From: Phoronis australis
Lineage: Eukaryota > Animalia > Phoronida
Length of the DNA stretch: 64,000 bases
NCBI GenBank assembly: GCA_002633005.1
Contig: NMRA01000658.1
Span: 62,001 to 126,000, forward strand
Direction of reading: 5' to 3'
Position numbers and translations under genes: made by a program. Each line of letters starts with the position of its first letter. Within the stretch, counting starts at the first letter, position 1. The notes below the pieces were generated by a model. That model was given only the letters and a program-made list of their open reading frames with translations, made no database searches and was not told where the DNA came from. Below are positions 1-10,955 of the stretch, one piece after another.

Positions 1-789
1 GCCGTTGTTCAACCGAATTGCACAAGACTCACATCATTAGAAAGCCCTTTACCAGTTCTAAAATGTACATGGTTTTTACAAAAGGAAGAAATAATTTAAT
101 TCAAAAATAATTGTCATTCACATACTTGACAGGTTTAAAAAATATACTTTAAGTGTTACCAAAATGGGAATCATGTCAAGGTACAAAAGCAACATAAACA
201 ATTCAATGAACCAGAGAGGTTATGTAAATGACTAGTTAAACCAGCAGGGAAATAATTGCTTGACTGAAACGAATTCTGCCCAATTAAGATAAAGATTTTT
301 TAAAAAATATAGTCCTCACCAACTGCAGTTAAGAATTTAGTCAGACATTCATCCAAAAGTATTTATATTCATATATCAATTGGACCTTTGATGCTGTTTG
401 ATACAATCATATTATTCAGTAACAAATCAGGATGCATTGACAATTACAAAAATATATTAGCTTATTATTCCAACTACCTATCCGAAATTAGCAGATATAT
501 GTTTTCAGATATAAAAAAATGTGCTGACATCTGTTGTGGAGCTTTGAAAGGTGCAATGGATAGCTCACTACACTGGTTACAGTGCAGGACTTTAAACTAA
601 GAACGTAAAACTCATTTCTTCAGAAAGTAAAAATTAGTGATTCTGGTACATGTAGTGTACTTTAAGTTAACAAGAGACATTGGAACATTTTACGATCGTT
701 ATGTTACTAAAGAAAGTGGACTCAGGGAAAAAACGATATTCATTACAAAGAGGCAATGTGATTTTGAACACCTGTTGCACAGTTGTCAC

Positions 790-1190
790 GGTCAACATTC
801 GAGAATAATAACGGGACAACTGGATTGAAATTCGGGACTTCCGGAAAAAAGCGAAACATCCGGGTCTAAGCCAAAACGCAAGGGTAAAACGTTCGCTGTA
901 TCACACAAAAACGTCCTGACAGCGTATTTGTCTAACGGGAGACGTGACACCCAAAGTGCCCGACGGCATTTTTGTTTGTTTAGTCGAGGGTGTTGCAAAA
1001 ACCCATGAAACGTCCCGTTTTTTCTTAGTACTAGAACGGGAAAATAGGGATATGTCGCGTAGAAAATTACAGTAGAATGATAATAAGTCAATTTTGCAGT
1101 GTGTCAAAAAGCGGGACATAGTGATGGTGTGGCGGAATGACAGAACATTTCAAAAAGTGAGACAGTCCGCCAAGAGCGGGACAATTGACC
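790..1190. mobile_element. Putative non-autonomous DNA transposon (MITE) with repeated CGGGAC/GTCCCG subterminal motifs
   Basis: Many copies of CGGGAC/GTCCCG-type motifs between 810 and 1182. Short imperfect ends GGTCAA (about 790) and TTGACC (1185-1190). No coding capacity. Confidence 0.35.
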
Positions 1191-2840
1191 TATCACAAGC
1201 TCCTCCCTTTGCGAAAAGTCCTGTGACACCCGACAAACAAGCAAGATGTCACAGGCAAATACACCGTCGCTAAATGACTTTCCTGGTGGAGTCGATGAGT
1301 GTTTTTTTGCACTAACCGAAAACGCTTCGACAAAGACAACAACCGATGCTTTTGATGATGTGGGAATTCGTATAGGCGACGATGAAAAATAAATGTTTGA
1401 GGAAAAGTATTTCAAAGCCAGCGAAAACACGAAGAACCCCACGGGGTTCACCTTTACCTGACAAGTGACAAGGCCACTAATGCGATATGTTCATGTAAAG
1501 CTGGGTATGTACCTTGAAGTCGATTTATCTGTACAATGCCATAGATTTCAGGTTCTTTCGAACATATCAGTGAAGATTCACCGATATTTTTATTCTGCCG
1601 TCTGCTAAATTCTACCAAATGAAAAGTAGGTCACAACTGATGGAACTCCAAGAGTAAAGTAGGTCGAGTCGTTAACACTGTTTACGCTTTTCTAATCTTC
1701 GAACGAAATATTTTTATTAAAATGTCAAGTTCATAGGTCAAGTAAACACTCATCTTGTGCTAGGCAAGCATTAGCTCCAGTAGGTCTAGGGCTGTGTCCA
1801 AGTCAAATTAAGGCATGGAATTTGCCGTAAAAATCGCACCAATAAGACATTTAAAAAACCTTCTGACGAACTTCGCATTTTTGTAGTTTCATTGCATAAC
1901 GGTAGATTTCAGTTAATTTTAAACGTAGTATGATCACTAAGTTGTGGTATGGTTGCAAAACATGACACGTCTCGGGTGTAGTGGCAAAAAATGGCTACAA
2001 CAAAAATAACTCAAGTTCTTTTTTAAAGCTTCATAAATCTAAATATAATGTTTGAACAAATTCAAAATGAGCTTTCTCTAACTTTACAGCCAAAGTGTAT
2101 ACTAGAGGTTCTCATCAAAAAGTAATTCAACTGTTTATTTTTTCGTGACAGCAGCTCGAAAAAGGCTTTGAGTTCAGCAATCCCGGCAGTGCCCCTCCCG
2201 ATCAAATCTCTCAATTTCGAGAGTTCAGTTGAACGCCAGCCTACGGGTATACGAATAACGAAAATGTACCTGTGGTACGAAACAAAATGATGTCCATTAG
2301 GTTGAAATAAATGAAAAATAATAAAAATTTCCTTAAGAACAAGTTTCCGTTAGACTAGTGCCGAGATCGGGCTAGCAGGTGACGAGTGAAACAACGGAAT
2401 CAAAATCAGATAGACCTACACTATAGCCACCAAATTGAAAAGTACGTATCTTGGAACAATTATCTTTGTGTTTAACCTTCGAGTAATCAAGCAACATTAC
2501 TAAGCTTAGCTGCTCGTGTGGCCGTTCGCACACTGAGTTTGACCATCCACCGTTTACACAATCGACATATCACTCAGTTTTCGGCGTAGGAAATGCCCAA
2601 AAATGGCTATTCTTCTCGAGCTGCATAACGGCTGTCGGGATTACACAAGCCATATCAATACCCTTTCATCATTTTTATTGCACAATTTCTTGTGTTATAG
2701 ACTAAAATAAGTTTAACACGACAACGCGTTGCTTGTCGGGAAAAAGGGCGGCTTGGAAACACAGACGAATGTGTGTCAAGAATGCTGCGTTCTGATTGGT
2801 CAATTAAGTCGTCAGTCATAATCGTGGCGATTGGTCAATT
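1184..2840. mobile_element. Decayed THAP + SWIM DNA transposon (ISL2EU/Harbinger-like), copy 1
   Basis: Aligns by eye as the reverse complement of 22855-24920 (e.g. 1441-1665 vs 24430-24650; 2620-2810 vs 22880-23070). Terminus ATTGACCTATCACAAGCTCC matches GGAGCTTGCGATAGGTCAAT at 24901-24920. The + strand encodes the SWIM-like start ...VHLYLTSDKATNAICSCKAG followed by a GTATGT donor. A THAP start lies on the opposite strand near 2660. Confidence 0.65.
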
Positions 2841-5800
2841 GTAAAGTACACTGTCAGCAACATAAAAGAATGGATTGGATTATTTTAAAAGGTAAAATTT
2901 TCATTTTTTAAAAAATTATTTGTCGGGCATAGGTAAATACTACAGAAAACCTTACTGCTCATAAATCGAATTGAAAAGATGCATCTCAGGTTAGGCAACA
3001 GGTTAACATTGCAGAAATGGATTATTATAGAAATGAAAACAGGAATAATATGCGCATGCGTATACACACACACCAACACTTACCTACGCAATTATGAGTA
3101 TTTTCCGGACGTTACGTAAACACACATGTTAGTAGAGCCTAAACACAGAAACACTCAGAAACCACATGTCACTGCTTCGCGTAAAATAATGTAATATGAT
3201 TTTAACACTCAAAAATGTCTTTTTGAAAATTCCTGGCATGTAGTTAGATAGGCTGTGGTTCTAAGGCAGAAGCTGAAAAGACATCCGAGATCAGACTATT
3301 CACGACATCCTGCCAGGACCGCAGGTCTGTACGTATAAAGAATGACCAGTGTATGAAATGTCGGGTTTGTGGACTAATTTTCCTGAGAAATCGCTGATTG
3401 TCTGGAATCGTACCTCAAGTTCTCGCTTGATGAGCAAAAATGACAAAATGAAAATGAACTTAGCGATTGACTTGGGCTTGATTGATAACTACAACAATCG
3501 ATCAAACTCATTCGAGCAGGCAGCAGGAAATTAGCAGCGCAAACTCTCGCAGCCAGTCTCGGGGTCGTAAGGTTTTATAATAGAATACAAAGACCACGTG
3601 CGGGAGATGGCCTTCTAGGGCTAAAGTTTTATGTTTCTAGTAGAAAACCAGGCCTTTATTAATTCCAAATGTACCAGTGGGTTTTTATTGTATATGTTGT
3701 AATACATTATCTACTTTTTAATTTTTTACCAAACGGTCACAAGAACAAAGATAAGATCGTGCTCAATGATCGTCGTCGGCCTGTACGAAGGCCCGTCCCA
3801 CTTTCAGGACTGTTTATCAATAAAATTTTCAACGACGGTTTTAGCTCGAACTACGTTTAACTAGGTATGTACATCTCTTCTACATCCCTGGTTTAACATT
3901 CATTTGGAGTTACGGAAGGCTTTTATGTTTGGCCGAAATAGCTTGCTTCAACACCACACAGGGCGTGCAACTTGACCGAGATGGAAGTGTAGGCGAACGC
4001 AAGGTCTATTTGTAACACAAATTATTTTAATTCTTCAAATTAAAAGAGAACAGTGGAAATCTACTTAATATATATCAAGGATCACATTGTTTTAACTGGT
4101 CTGCTACCTCGTTAAGGTGTTTTTCATCCCACACAAACCCGTAGAAATCTGCGGTGGTCATGATGTCTAGTCGATATTGTTAAAGCATTATGAACAAAAA
4201 GTGGTTAAAACAACGTCTGATGATGCTTTACTTGTACTGCTGACTAAAGAATACGAGCATTTTCGACGACAGCCGATTAGAAACTCTTCCTTCGTGACTG
4301 AAATTTTGAAAGAAGAAAACGAAGCAAGAATTTTTACTGACTCGTTGCTATTTTTACTCTTACAATTTAATGAATCTGACAACAGTTCGAGCGACTGATT
4401 TTGACGTTATTACTGGTCTGGATCAATGAAAGCTCTTGTATGAACCTTGTCTCAAGCCCAATGAAAAATGACAGAATATACACTTGATTGTAATTGGGTT
4501 TTTCAAAGATGAAGAAAAACAACTAAGCCACGTCTTCTAGCTTTTTCCACTGGAAAGTGAAATGTTAAAAATGACCAAAAATTGCAATTTTGGCGTTTCT
4601 ATGCCCAAAATCACGATTTTGGCGTTTCTATGCCCAAAATCACGACTGTCCCGGTTCAAGAGAAGAGATAAAAATCCAAATGCTTTTGCACTCTAGAATA
4701 CATAAGTTTGGGTCATTACCAAGCAGATTTTTGTCAATTTTCACTTGTCTGAAGGGCTCTTGGATTCGCAACAATAATTCAACCGTGAATAAGGATGTGT
4801 TCCGAAAATGACTGGACGTCCGTATCCAAGTAGACAAGAGCAGAGGCTAAATTTCTCGACTCCGTTTACTCAAAAAAACTCCAATTAACTACTGAATATC
4901 ATTCGTGGCAATCACTTCCCGTTTACTCCACAAAATTGCCGTGAAACGTGACACATCCCACTTCTTCGTTTTTGAAGAAAGCTACAAAAGCCCGAATGCT
5001 TGTCATAAGCCTTTTTCTTAAGGAAGTGGCGTCGGCAGGGCATGCGCATTTCAACTTTTACCGAGGGTAGTGACAAAAGATTTGGGGTGGATTTGGTTCA
5101 CGTTCTATTTTGGCGATTTTTTTAAATATAAAGATGAGGCGACTTTTAGCCCACTAAATGGAAATTCGAGCTTTGTGCGGGCAAAGAAACGACCTCTATT
5201 TCAGGGATGTATCAGTGTTGAGACACTCAGCAATAGTCCAGACAGGAACACTGAAGTAAAGCAGTACCGTATCCTCGTTGAGATATCATCATCAATATTG
5301 ATATGATTGTATTTCCGTAGCCACCAACTTAAAAAAATGCTTCAATCTTAAATGGATGTGACCAACTGTCAGCTCATTCGGCAACTAATCTAGATCGGGT
5401 GAGCGTAGTAATGATTCAGAGGAAGCAGACTACTGGGAAGTTTCCATTTTTGAGAAAATGCAAATTTGAGGCACAACGTTATTGGCAGTACTAAAGATTC
5501 CTAAAGTTAATAACATTAAATTACTACTTGCCAGGAATCACTGCAACTTCTGCCAGTGGACACGTGCTTCCGGAAATGTACAGTATGGGGGGGGGGCGAT
5601 CGTGGATATACACTTTAAATGAACCAAGTGAGTAGTCTTCTATTGCTTGTAAAATTGTAGTTTTTTGATTGATGTTCTCTAAGTGACACCATTCGAAAGT
5701 TCAAAAAGATATGTTTTATTACGATGACCACAGTAGACATGATCTATAGTTCTATGCTCTGAAAATCTTTTCCAGAAATACCACAAAGCGTATATGGAAG

Positions 5801-5994
5801 TACAAAATAATATGAAAAGTTGTCAAAAATGGGAACACCCAAGCTACTCATCTGCAACGAAGAAACCATGAATCTGTTGAATGGGCCAAGGAAATGTAAA
5901 CAATACTATAAAGAAATTCAATTATTCTCGAACTTAAAAAGGTTTGCGTTTTCTCCTTATCCACCTAAACTGTTTCTTACGAGAATTCTCAGAA

Positions 5995-6207
5995 TCACTG
6001 GCCAAAAACTATGCTGCACCTGAAAACAGGAGACTTCTGTTTTTTCCCTTTCTCTTTTTTACCCTTTTTGGAGGAACTTTTAGGGGTCAGACTCTTCTTG
6101 GATGACTTCGAGGTTTTTTTAGATAGTGATTTGGAACTCTTTTTTGACGATTGTTTTCCTGAACTTTTCTTTTTGTCTTTCTTCTTCTCACTCTTCTGCT
6201 TTGGCAT
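5995..6207 (-). CDS. Small Lys/Ser-rich basic protein (70 aa; complete micro-ORF or first exon)
   Basis: ATG in good context (acgATG). Sequence MPKQKSEKKKDKKKSSGKQSSKKSSKSLSKK... uses mixed codons rather than a simple nucleotide repeat. Lies 189 bp from the start of the Tctex1-domain gene, in divergent orientation. Confidence 0.55.
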   Translation of the reverse strand: MPKQKSEKKKDKKKSSGKQSSKKSSKSLSKKTSKSSKKSLTPKSSSKKGKKEKGKKQKSPVFRCSIVFGQ

Positions 6208-6296
6208 CGTGATCGCAACGTCTCACATTTTCTAGATCTAGAATATTAAGACATTTTCCGACAAATTCAAACGTCATTGAACGTACTGTAACAGGT

Positions 6297-6310
6297 CCAC
6301 GTGCACGTGG
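6297..6310. promoter_or_regulatory. Perfect 14-bp palindrome CCACGTGCACGTGG (two tandem CACGTG E-boxes) in the divergent intergenic region
   Basis: Seen directly, midway between the two divergent start codons (6207 and 6397). Confidence 0.4.
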
Positions 6311-6396
6311 GCTGCACGTAAAGCGATGTGTGCAAATGGTGCATAACATAATTCGTTAAGTAGTTAGACTGGTAGCTCTAACGAAATATTTGAAGG

Positions 6397-6897
6397 ATGG
6401 CTGTGAGCACAACAAGTAGACTTTTAGCTTCAAAGCGATCTAGTTTCTTCGATACGCTAAAGCGGGAACCATCGCAGTTCTGTTGCTCAAGTATCACTCA
6501 GTTTTCATGCGAACCTGTAGAAGAGAGCAGACTGAGACGAACGGCGTACGAGAACACGTACCAGATGGAACCATTACAAAAGTTCCGAGTGGACCTTGCG
6601 ACGGAACTGATGAAGAACTTGCTCGCCACGGCCTTGACTGGTGTTGAATACGATGCGGCTCTGTGTCCGAACATGTGCAAGAACATTTCGCAAAACATCA
6701 AGCAAAAAGTCAAGGAGATGGATTTCAAGCGATACAAGCTTGTCAGTCTGGTGACGATCGGTGAGAAAAAAGACCAAGGGGTACACGTAGGAAGCCGCTG
6801 CGTCTGGGACAGCGACAGAGATAACTACGCAGAGGCTACGTTTGAGACTCCTACCCTTTACGCTGTAGCGGTTTTGTTTGCCTGTTATTATGAGTAG
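6397..6897 (+). CDS. Tctex-1 domain protein (dynein light chain Tctex-type, TCTEX1D/DYNLT-like), intronless
   Basis: 166 aa with family motifs YENTYQMEP, Y...C..ISQ.IK..VK, RYKLV..V.IGE...QG..VGSRCVWD...DNYA and C-terminal LYAVAVLFACYYE. Confidence 0.93.
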   Translation: MAVSTTSRLLASKRSSFFDTLKREPSQFCCSSITQFSCEPVEESRLRRTAYENTYQMEPLQKFRVDLATELMKNLLATALTGVEYDAALCPNMCKNISQNIKQKVKEMDFKRYKLVSLVTIGEKKDQGVHVGSRCVWDSDRDNYAEATFETPTLYAVAVLFACYYE

Positions 6898-7811
6898 TTA
6901 ACGAAGAGAATTTGCATGACTGCGGTTTGGGGATATGCTTTTGACTGGGTATCAATTTTTCATACAATGTTGGGATAAGGAGAGGCAACTGCAATAGTAA
7001 AGTAAGTTCCTCGAGGACCGTGGAAACTGAATATATACACGTTATCAAGAAGGACGAAAGGTTGTATAGTATGCTTATGGATAGATATTTTGTGATATAA
7101 GAAGCACGGTGGGTTTTAGGCTTACTACAAACAGTATAAACACACAATTTTGAATAGATCTGAACAAAAAGTAAGTGAAATAAAATATGACGCTAAAGTT
7201 ATGACATTAAAGATTTCAATAAACGAACTTGGATACCGGTGCAAAAACAATGCCCTGAGTGCCGACTTTGTTCTCTACAATGATCATCAATTTCCGCACG
7301 ACATCGATTGCATCAATACATACCCGGTTATATCACGCATCTTTTTACATTTCTTTAATAACTTCTATAATAACCCAATTAACGCGTCTACCATCTTACG
7401 CTCATGACGTCATATTATAATTAGTAGCGACTCAAATGCCAGCAAATAACCCAAGAGAATGTCTTAGTTCACGAGTTCACCTGTTGGAGAAATGTGCAAA
7501 TGGAGGAAACAAACGAATAGTAAAATATGGAATGTTCGAGTGAATAAGTTCTACTGAAGGGCTTGATTTCCATACGGATTGTTTTAAACTTCCTCAATGC
7601 CCACACCCCACGACCAGCTTGACCCACATACCCCTCGACCTGTGCCGATGTTTTTCTTTTTACACATTACATAATCATATTACATTGCTGATTGAATTTC
7701 TTTCCATAAGATTTACCTACACACAAATTTGCTCTGGTTCAAGTCTGGTGGTTAAAAACAGAAAGTGGCGTAAGAACATGATCTGAAATAGCGAATTGTG
7801 AGTGTGCTATC

Positions 7812-7825
7812 GTTGCCATGGTAAT
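7812..7825. promoter_or_regulatory. RFX X-box-like motif GTTGCCATGGTAAT
   Basis: Close match to the RFX consensus GTTGCCATGGCAAC, about 0.9 kb downstream of a ciliary-type dynein light chain gene. Confidence 0.4.
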
Positions 7826-8384
7826 AGTTCCACGAGTTCCAATGGCCCTGTTCTGGGGAGAGAGAACCTTAAGGTTAATGGACGTATCTTCACATTTTTA
7901 TTATTTGCTTTTTGTTGTTTATTCGTTTACAATATACTTCATGTAACGTTGACATATTTCTTAATTAACCATGTGTTTACTGAATTGTATTTACCGAAGA
8001 AATTACATATTCCTCGCACTCTTCCAAAAATCTTGAATATGCCATTCCTTGAAGAGCAGACGAGAAGATAACACTTTGCCGGGAACGACATTTTGTAACG
8101 TTGGTAGGTCTTTGATTTGATTTGGTCGCGTTGTTTTTTTCTGTTTTTTTTTGGCTTTCAAACTTACTGAATCGACTCTTTTGATTGCAAGGCGAGCTCA
8201 CGGTTTGAATCGTTGGTCCTGCAAGTCAACGCTTGTTCTATGTTCAGATCTCATCGAGCTTGTGGGCCGAGGGGGTCGTGTGTCGAGGGTGTCGTGTGGT
8301 GTGGGAGTTGAGGGGTTTTTAGAATAATCCTTTCCAGACAGTAATATTCGCCGTATTATTTCAATAGATAAATACACAAGTGCC

Positions 8385-8489
8385 GTACATGAAGTAATAT
8401 CCCACGAGACCTTATTCCGCATATCGACCAAGACCAAAGGTCGAGGTCGATATGAGGAATAAGGTAGAGTGGGATATTATTTCATGTAC
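8385..8489. repeat. Long imperfect palindrome/hairpin
   Basis: GTACATGAAGTAATATCCCAC...CTTATTCCGCATATCGACC pairs with GGTCGATATGAGGAATAAGG...GTGGGATATTATTTCATGTAC. Confidence 0.85.
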
Positions 8490-9104
8490 AACAATCGAGG
8501 TACGTTTTTTATTTATCCCATGCGCTTCGAATTTCTAAGTTTCTTACATTTTCTTCGGCAGATTTTTCAAATACTTCAGCCAGACTGTTCACATGGCGGT
8601 TCACATCCTATATGTATGTACTTGCGCGTTAGGTTGCAAGTTTTCTCTTGTAAAACAAACAGTTTTAAAAGTAACGGTTTATTTCTTGAAACGAGGTAGA
8701 AAATATGAAAATAACGGCAACTGCGCAATGAACTTGTAACATCTCCTGGAAATAGTTAAAGAACAACAATGTTTGATATTTTAATTTCCTAGGAATCGGC
8801 ACCTGAGTTGCAGACGATATAATATTCAGCAATTGAAAACTGAGACATAGGTATCATATAACTAACAGTTTTGTTCCAGATTTTACGTTTCGGGCCTGGT
8901 TGCATGTAGAGTGTTAGTTACTACTGTATTACTTTAAACTATATTCGAAAAGCTTGATGATCGAAGCGGCCGAAGACACACCGACCTACCTTTTAAACTT
9001 TCCATTTCAGAGGTCGCTGTTGAAGTAGTGCGGGAGGTGAATACGGAAAACTTTATTTCATGGCCGTATTTCCCTCGACAGATTCAACGCGCGTGGGATA
9101 AATA

Positions 9105-9266
9105 TAGATTATTACATGGCGAAGTCGTTATCCCCCGTTATCTAGAGCACGAGTGGATTTTGGAGAATTATCGCCCGAGGGGCGTCAGCCCCGAGGGTGA
9201 TAATTCTCCAAAATCCACGAGGGCTCTAGATAAGGGGGATAACGGCTGAGAACATGTAATAATCTA
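9105..9266. repeat. Long imperfect palindrome/hairpin (about 160 bp)
   Basis: TAGATTATTACATG..GTTATCCCC..TTATCTAGAGC..GTGGATTTTGGAGAATTATC pairs with GATAATTCTCCAAAATCCAC..GCTCTAGATAA.GGGGATAAC..CATGTAATAATCTA around a central CCGAGGGGCGTCAGCCCCGAGG. Confidence 0.9.
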
Positions 9267-9419
9267 TTTATACCACATACTAAACGAGAAACATTGCAAT
9301 GAATCGATTTACCTTTTCTGACTCTCCACGGCTTTGTAACTACTTTCTATGTCAGAGGCCCGGGGTCGGAGGTCGTGACCTTTTAAGAAAAGCCCGGCTA
9401 TTTTTGTCAAATAATGCTT

Positions 9420-10955
9420 NAACACGGCAGGTAAGCTCTTCTAATGCTGTTTCTGAACCCGGCATCCCCATAGCACATCTGCCATAGACACGAATGCCAT
9501 GGAAAGGGGTTACCACGCCGCAGTACTTCATGGACACACGAGACAGCACTTGTGAGGTCCGTCTTGACTATAAATCGCCACTGGGCAATTTTGCGTAGGA
9601 CCGAATCGGGCACGAGTTACGGTTGGGGTTTGGCATATCTTCCAACGTCCGCAAAGGCTGTCACGAGTCGAAATCCACGGCTAGGTTTTTTTGACCAGGA
9701 ATGATGGACTGAGATATTCAACTTGAACTTTCACATCTTCGGGACGAACAAAGACAACGAGAGCCTCAAGTTCGTGAAACTTCTATTAGAGGTCATGGAG
9801 CTTTGTCGGTGAGTACATACTAGGTAGATGACCCATGTTAACAGAGGCTTCAAATGGACCGAAGGATCCATTGTAACCAGTAAAATTGGGGGTGAAGATA
9901 GCAAAGGACTCGTGGAGGCGTTCGAAAGCCTTACGCGTGACATCCGGTAAAACTCCATCAGGAGCAATTGAAGCAAAGCGAAAATGCTGGACATGCTGCT
10001 CGGATGGTGAAGAGGTTTGGGAGGGTGCTATCGTTGAACTTGTAGGTACAGGTGTGAAGACGTGGTGAACCTAACAAAAGTGTTCGTCCTTGCGTAACAA
10101 CCGGTGTTCATTTGTGTCATTTAGTAGGTGTAACTTGCCTTGGTCAACAGTAATGATCTGTGGTTTGGGCCACAAGTCACTAGGTTCGCAACATCGGGCA
10201 CTTGGGGAATCTGTTCGGGGTTCAGTTGCTATCTCCTGGCTATGTCCACGTAAATCAGCGGGGACGTCAATGTCGAGGCTGTCGCCTGGCCATACCACAG
10301 TGGCTGAAGGAGGTGAACGCAGAACGTGCGTTCTACGGACAAGTGGCTGTCTTTACAAAGACTTACAGTGGTCATAGCTATAGACATCGACTTCTCCTAC
10401 ACCAACCTCTTTCTTAGCTGGGTGAATTGAGATGTTGTTTCTCACCATAAATGGGGTAGCAGCAAGGACGTCTACATCAATTGTCTTAATGACCAGGCCC
10501 TCGAAAACCAGTTATTTTGCTGTCAAGCATGAAAGTGATCTTGGTTTCCCCGACAACATCGAGTGGGGAAACACCATCAGCTGGAAAGCGTACTGTGTGT
10601 TGAGGACGATAGGTGTACCGAGTGATCGTGCACAAGATTCGCGAATCCTATTTCCTGTAGCACCACAATCAAGAGTGAGCCGTACTGGTTGATCGTGGCA
10701 CACAACGTCGATGAAAGGTGACTGGATAATATGCACTCGGTTTGCAATGGGCTCCTCGGGTTCACAACATCTCGTCGGAACACTCTGAGAGATGGGGATC
10801 ATCAACCTCGGAGAAGTGGGCCTTCATGAAATAGCGTTTGTCTTCTGCGGGTAGGTAGGGACACTGAGACAAGCAGTGATCAAACTGGGAGCGATGCGCC
10901 TGTTTACACAGTAGGCAGGACTCTGCTGGGCTTCGGCGAGTGACCGAGGTCGCTG
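9420..10955 (-). mobile_element. Degenerate Ty3/Gypsy LTR retrotransposon A, 5' part (gag zinc knuckle, protease, N-terminal RT)
   Basis: Minus-strand peptides across frameshifts and stops: CLLCKQAHRSQFDHCLSQCPYLP (gag knuckle), VRLTLDCGATGN (protease), [23 protein letters not shown] and [32 protein letters not shown] (RT). Confidence 0.85.

Noticed and set aside
3900-4500. Possible GIY-YIG (ASYFGQT) and THAP-transposase traces
   Set aside because: Too short and degraded to support a call.
6011-6235. Phe/Leu-rich + strand ORF
   Set aside because: Antisense shadow of the Lys-rich minus-strand ORF.
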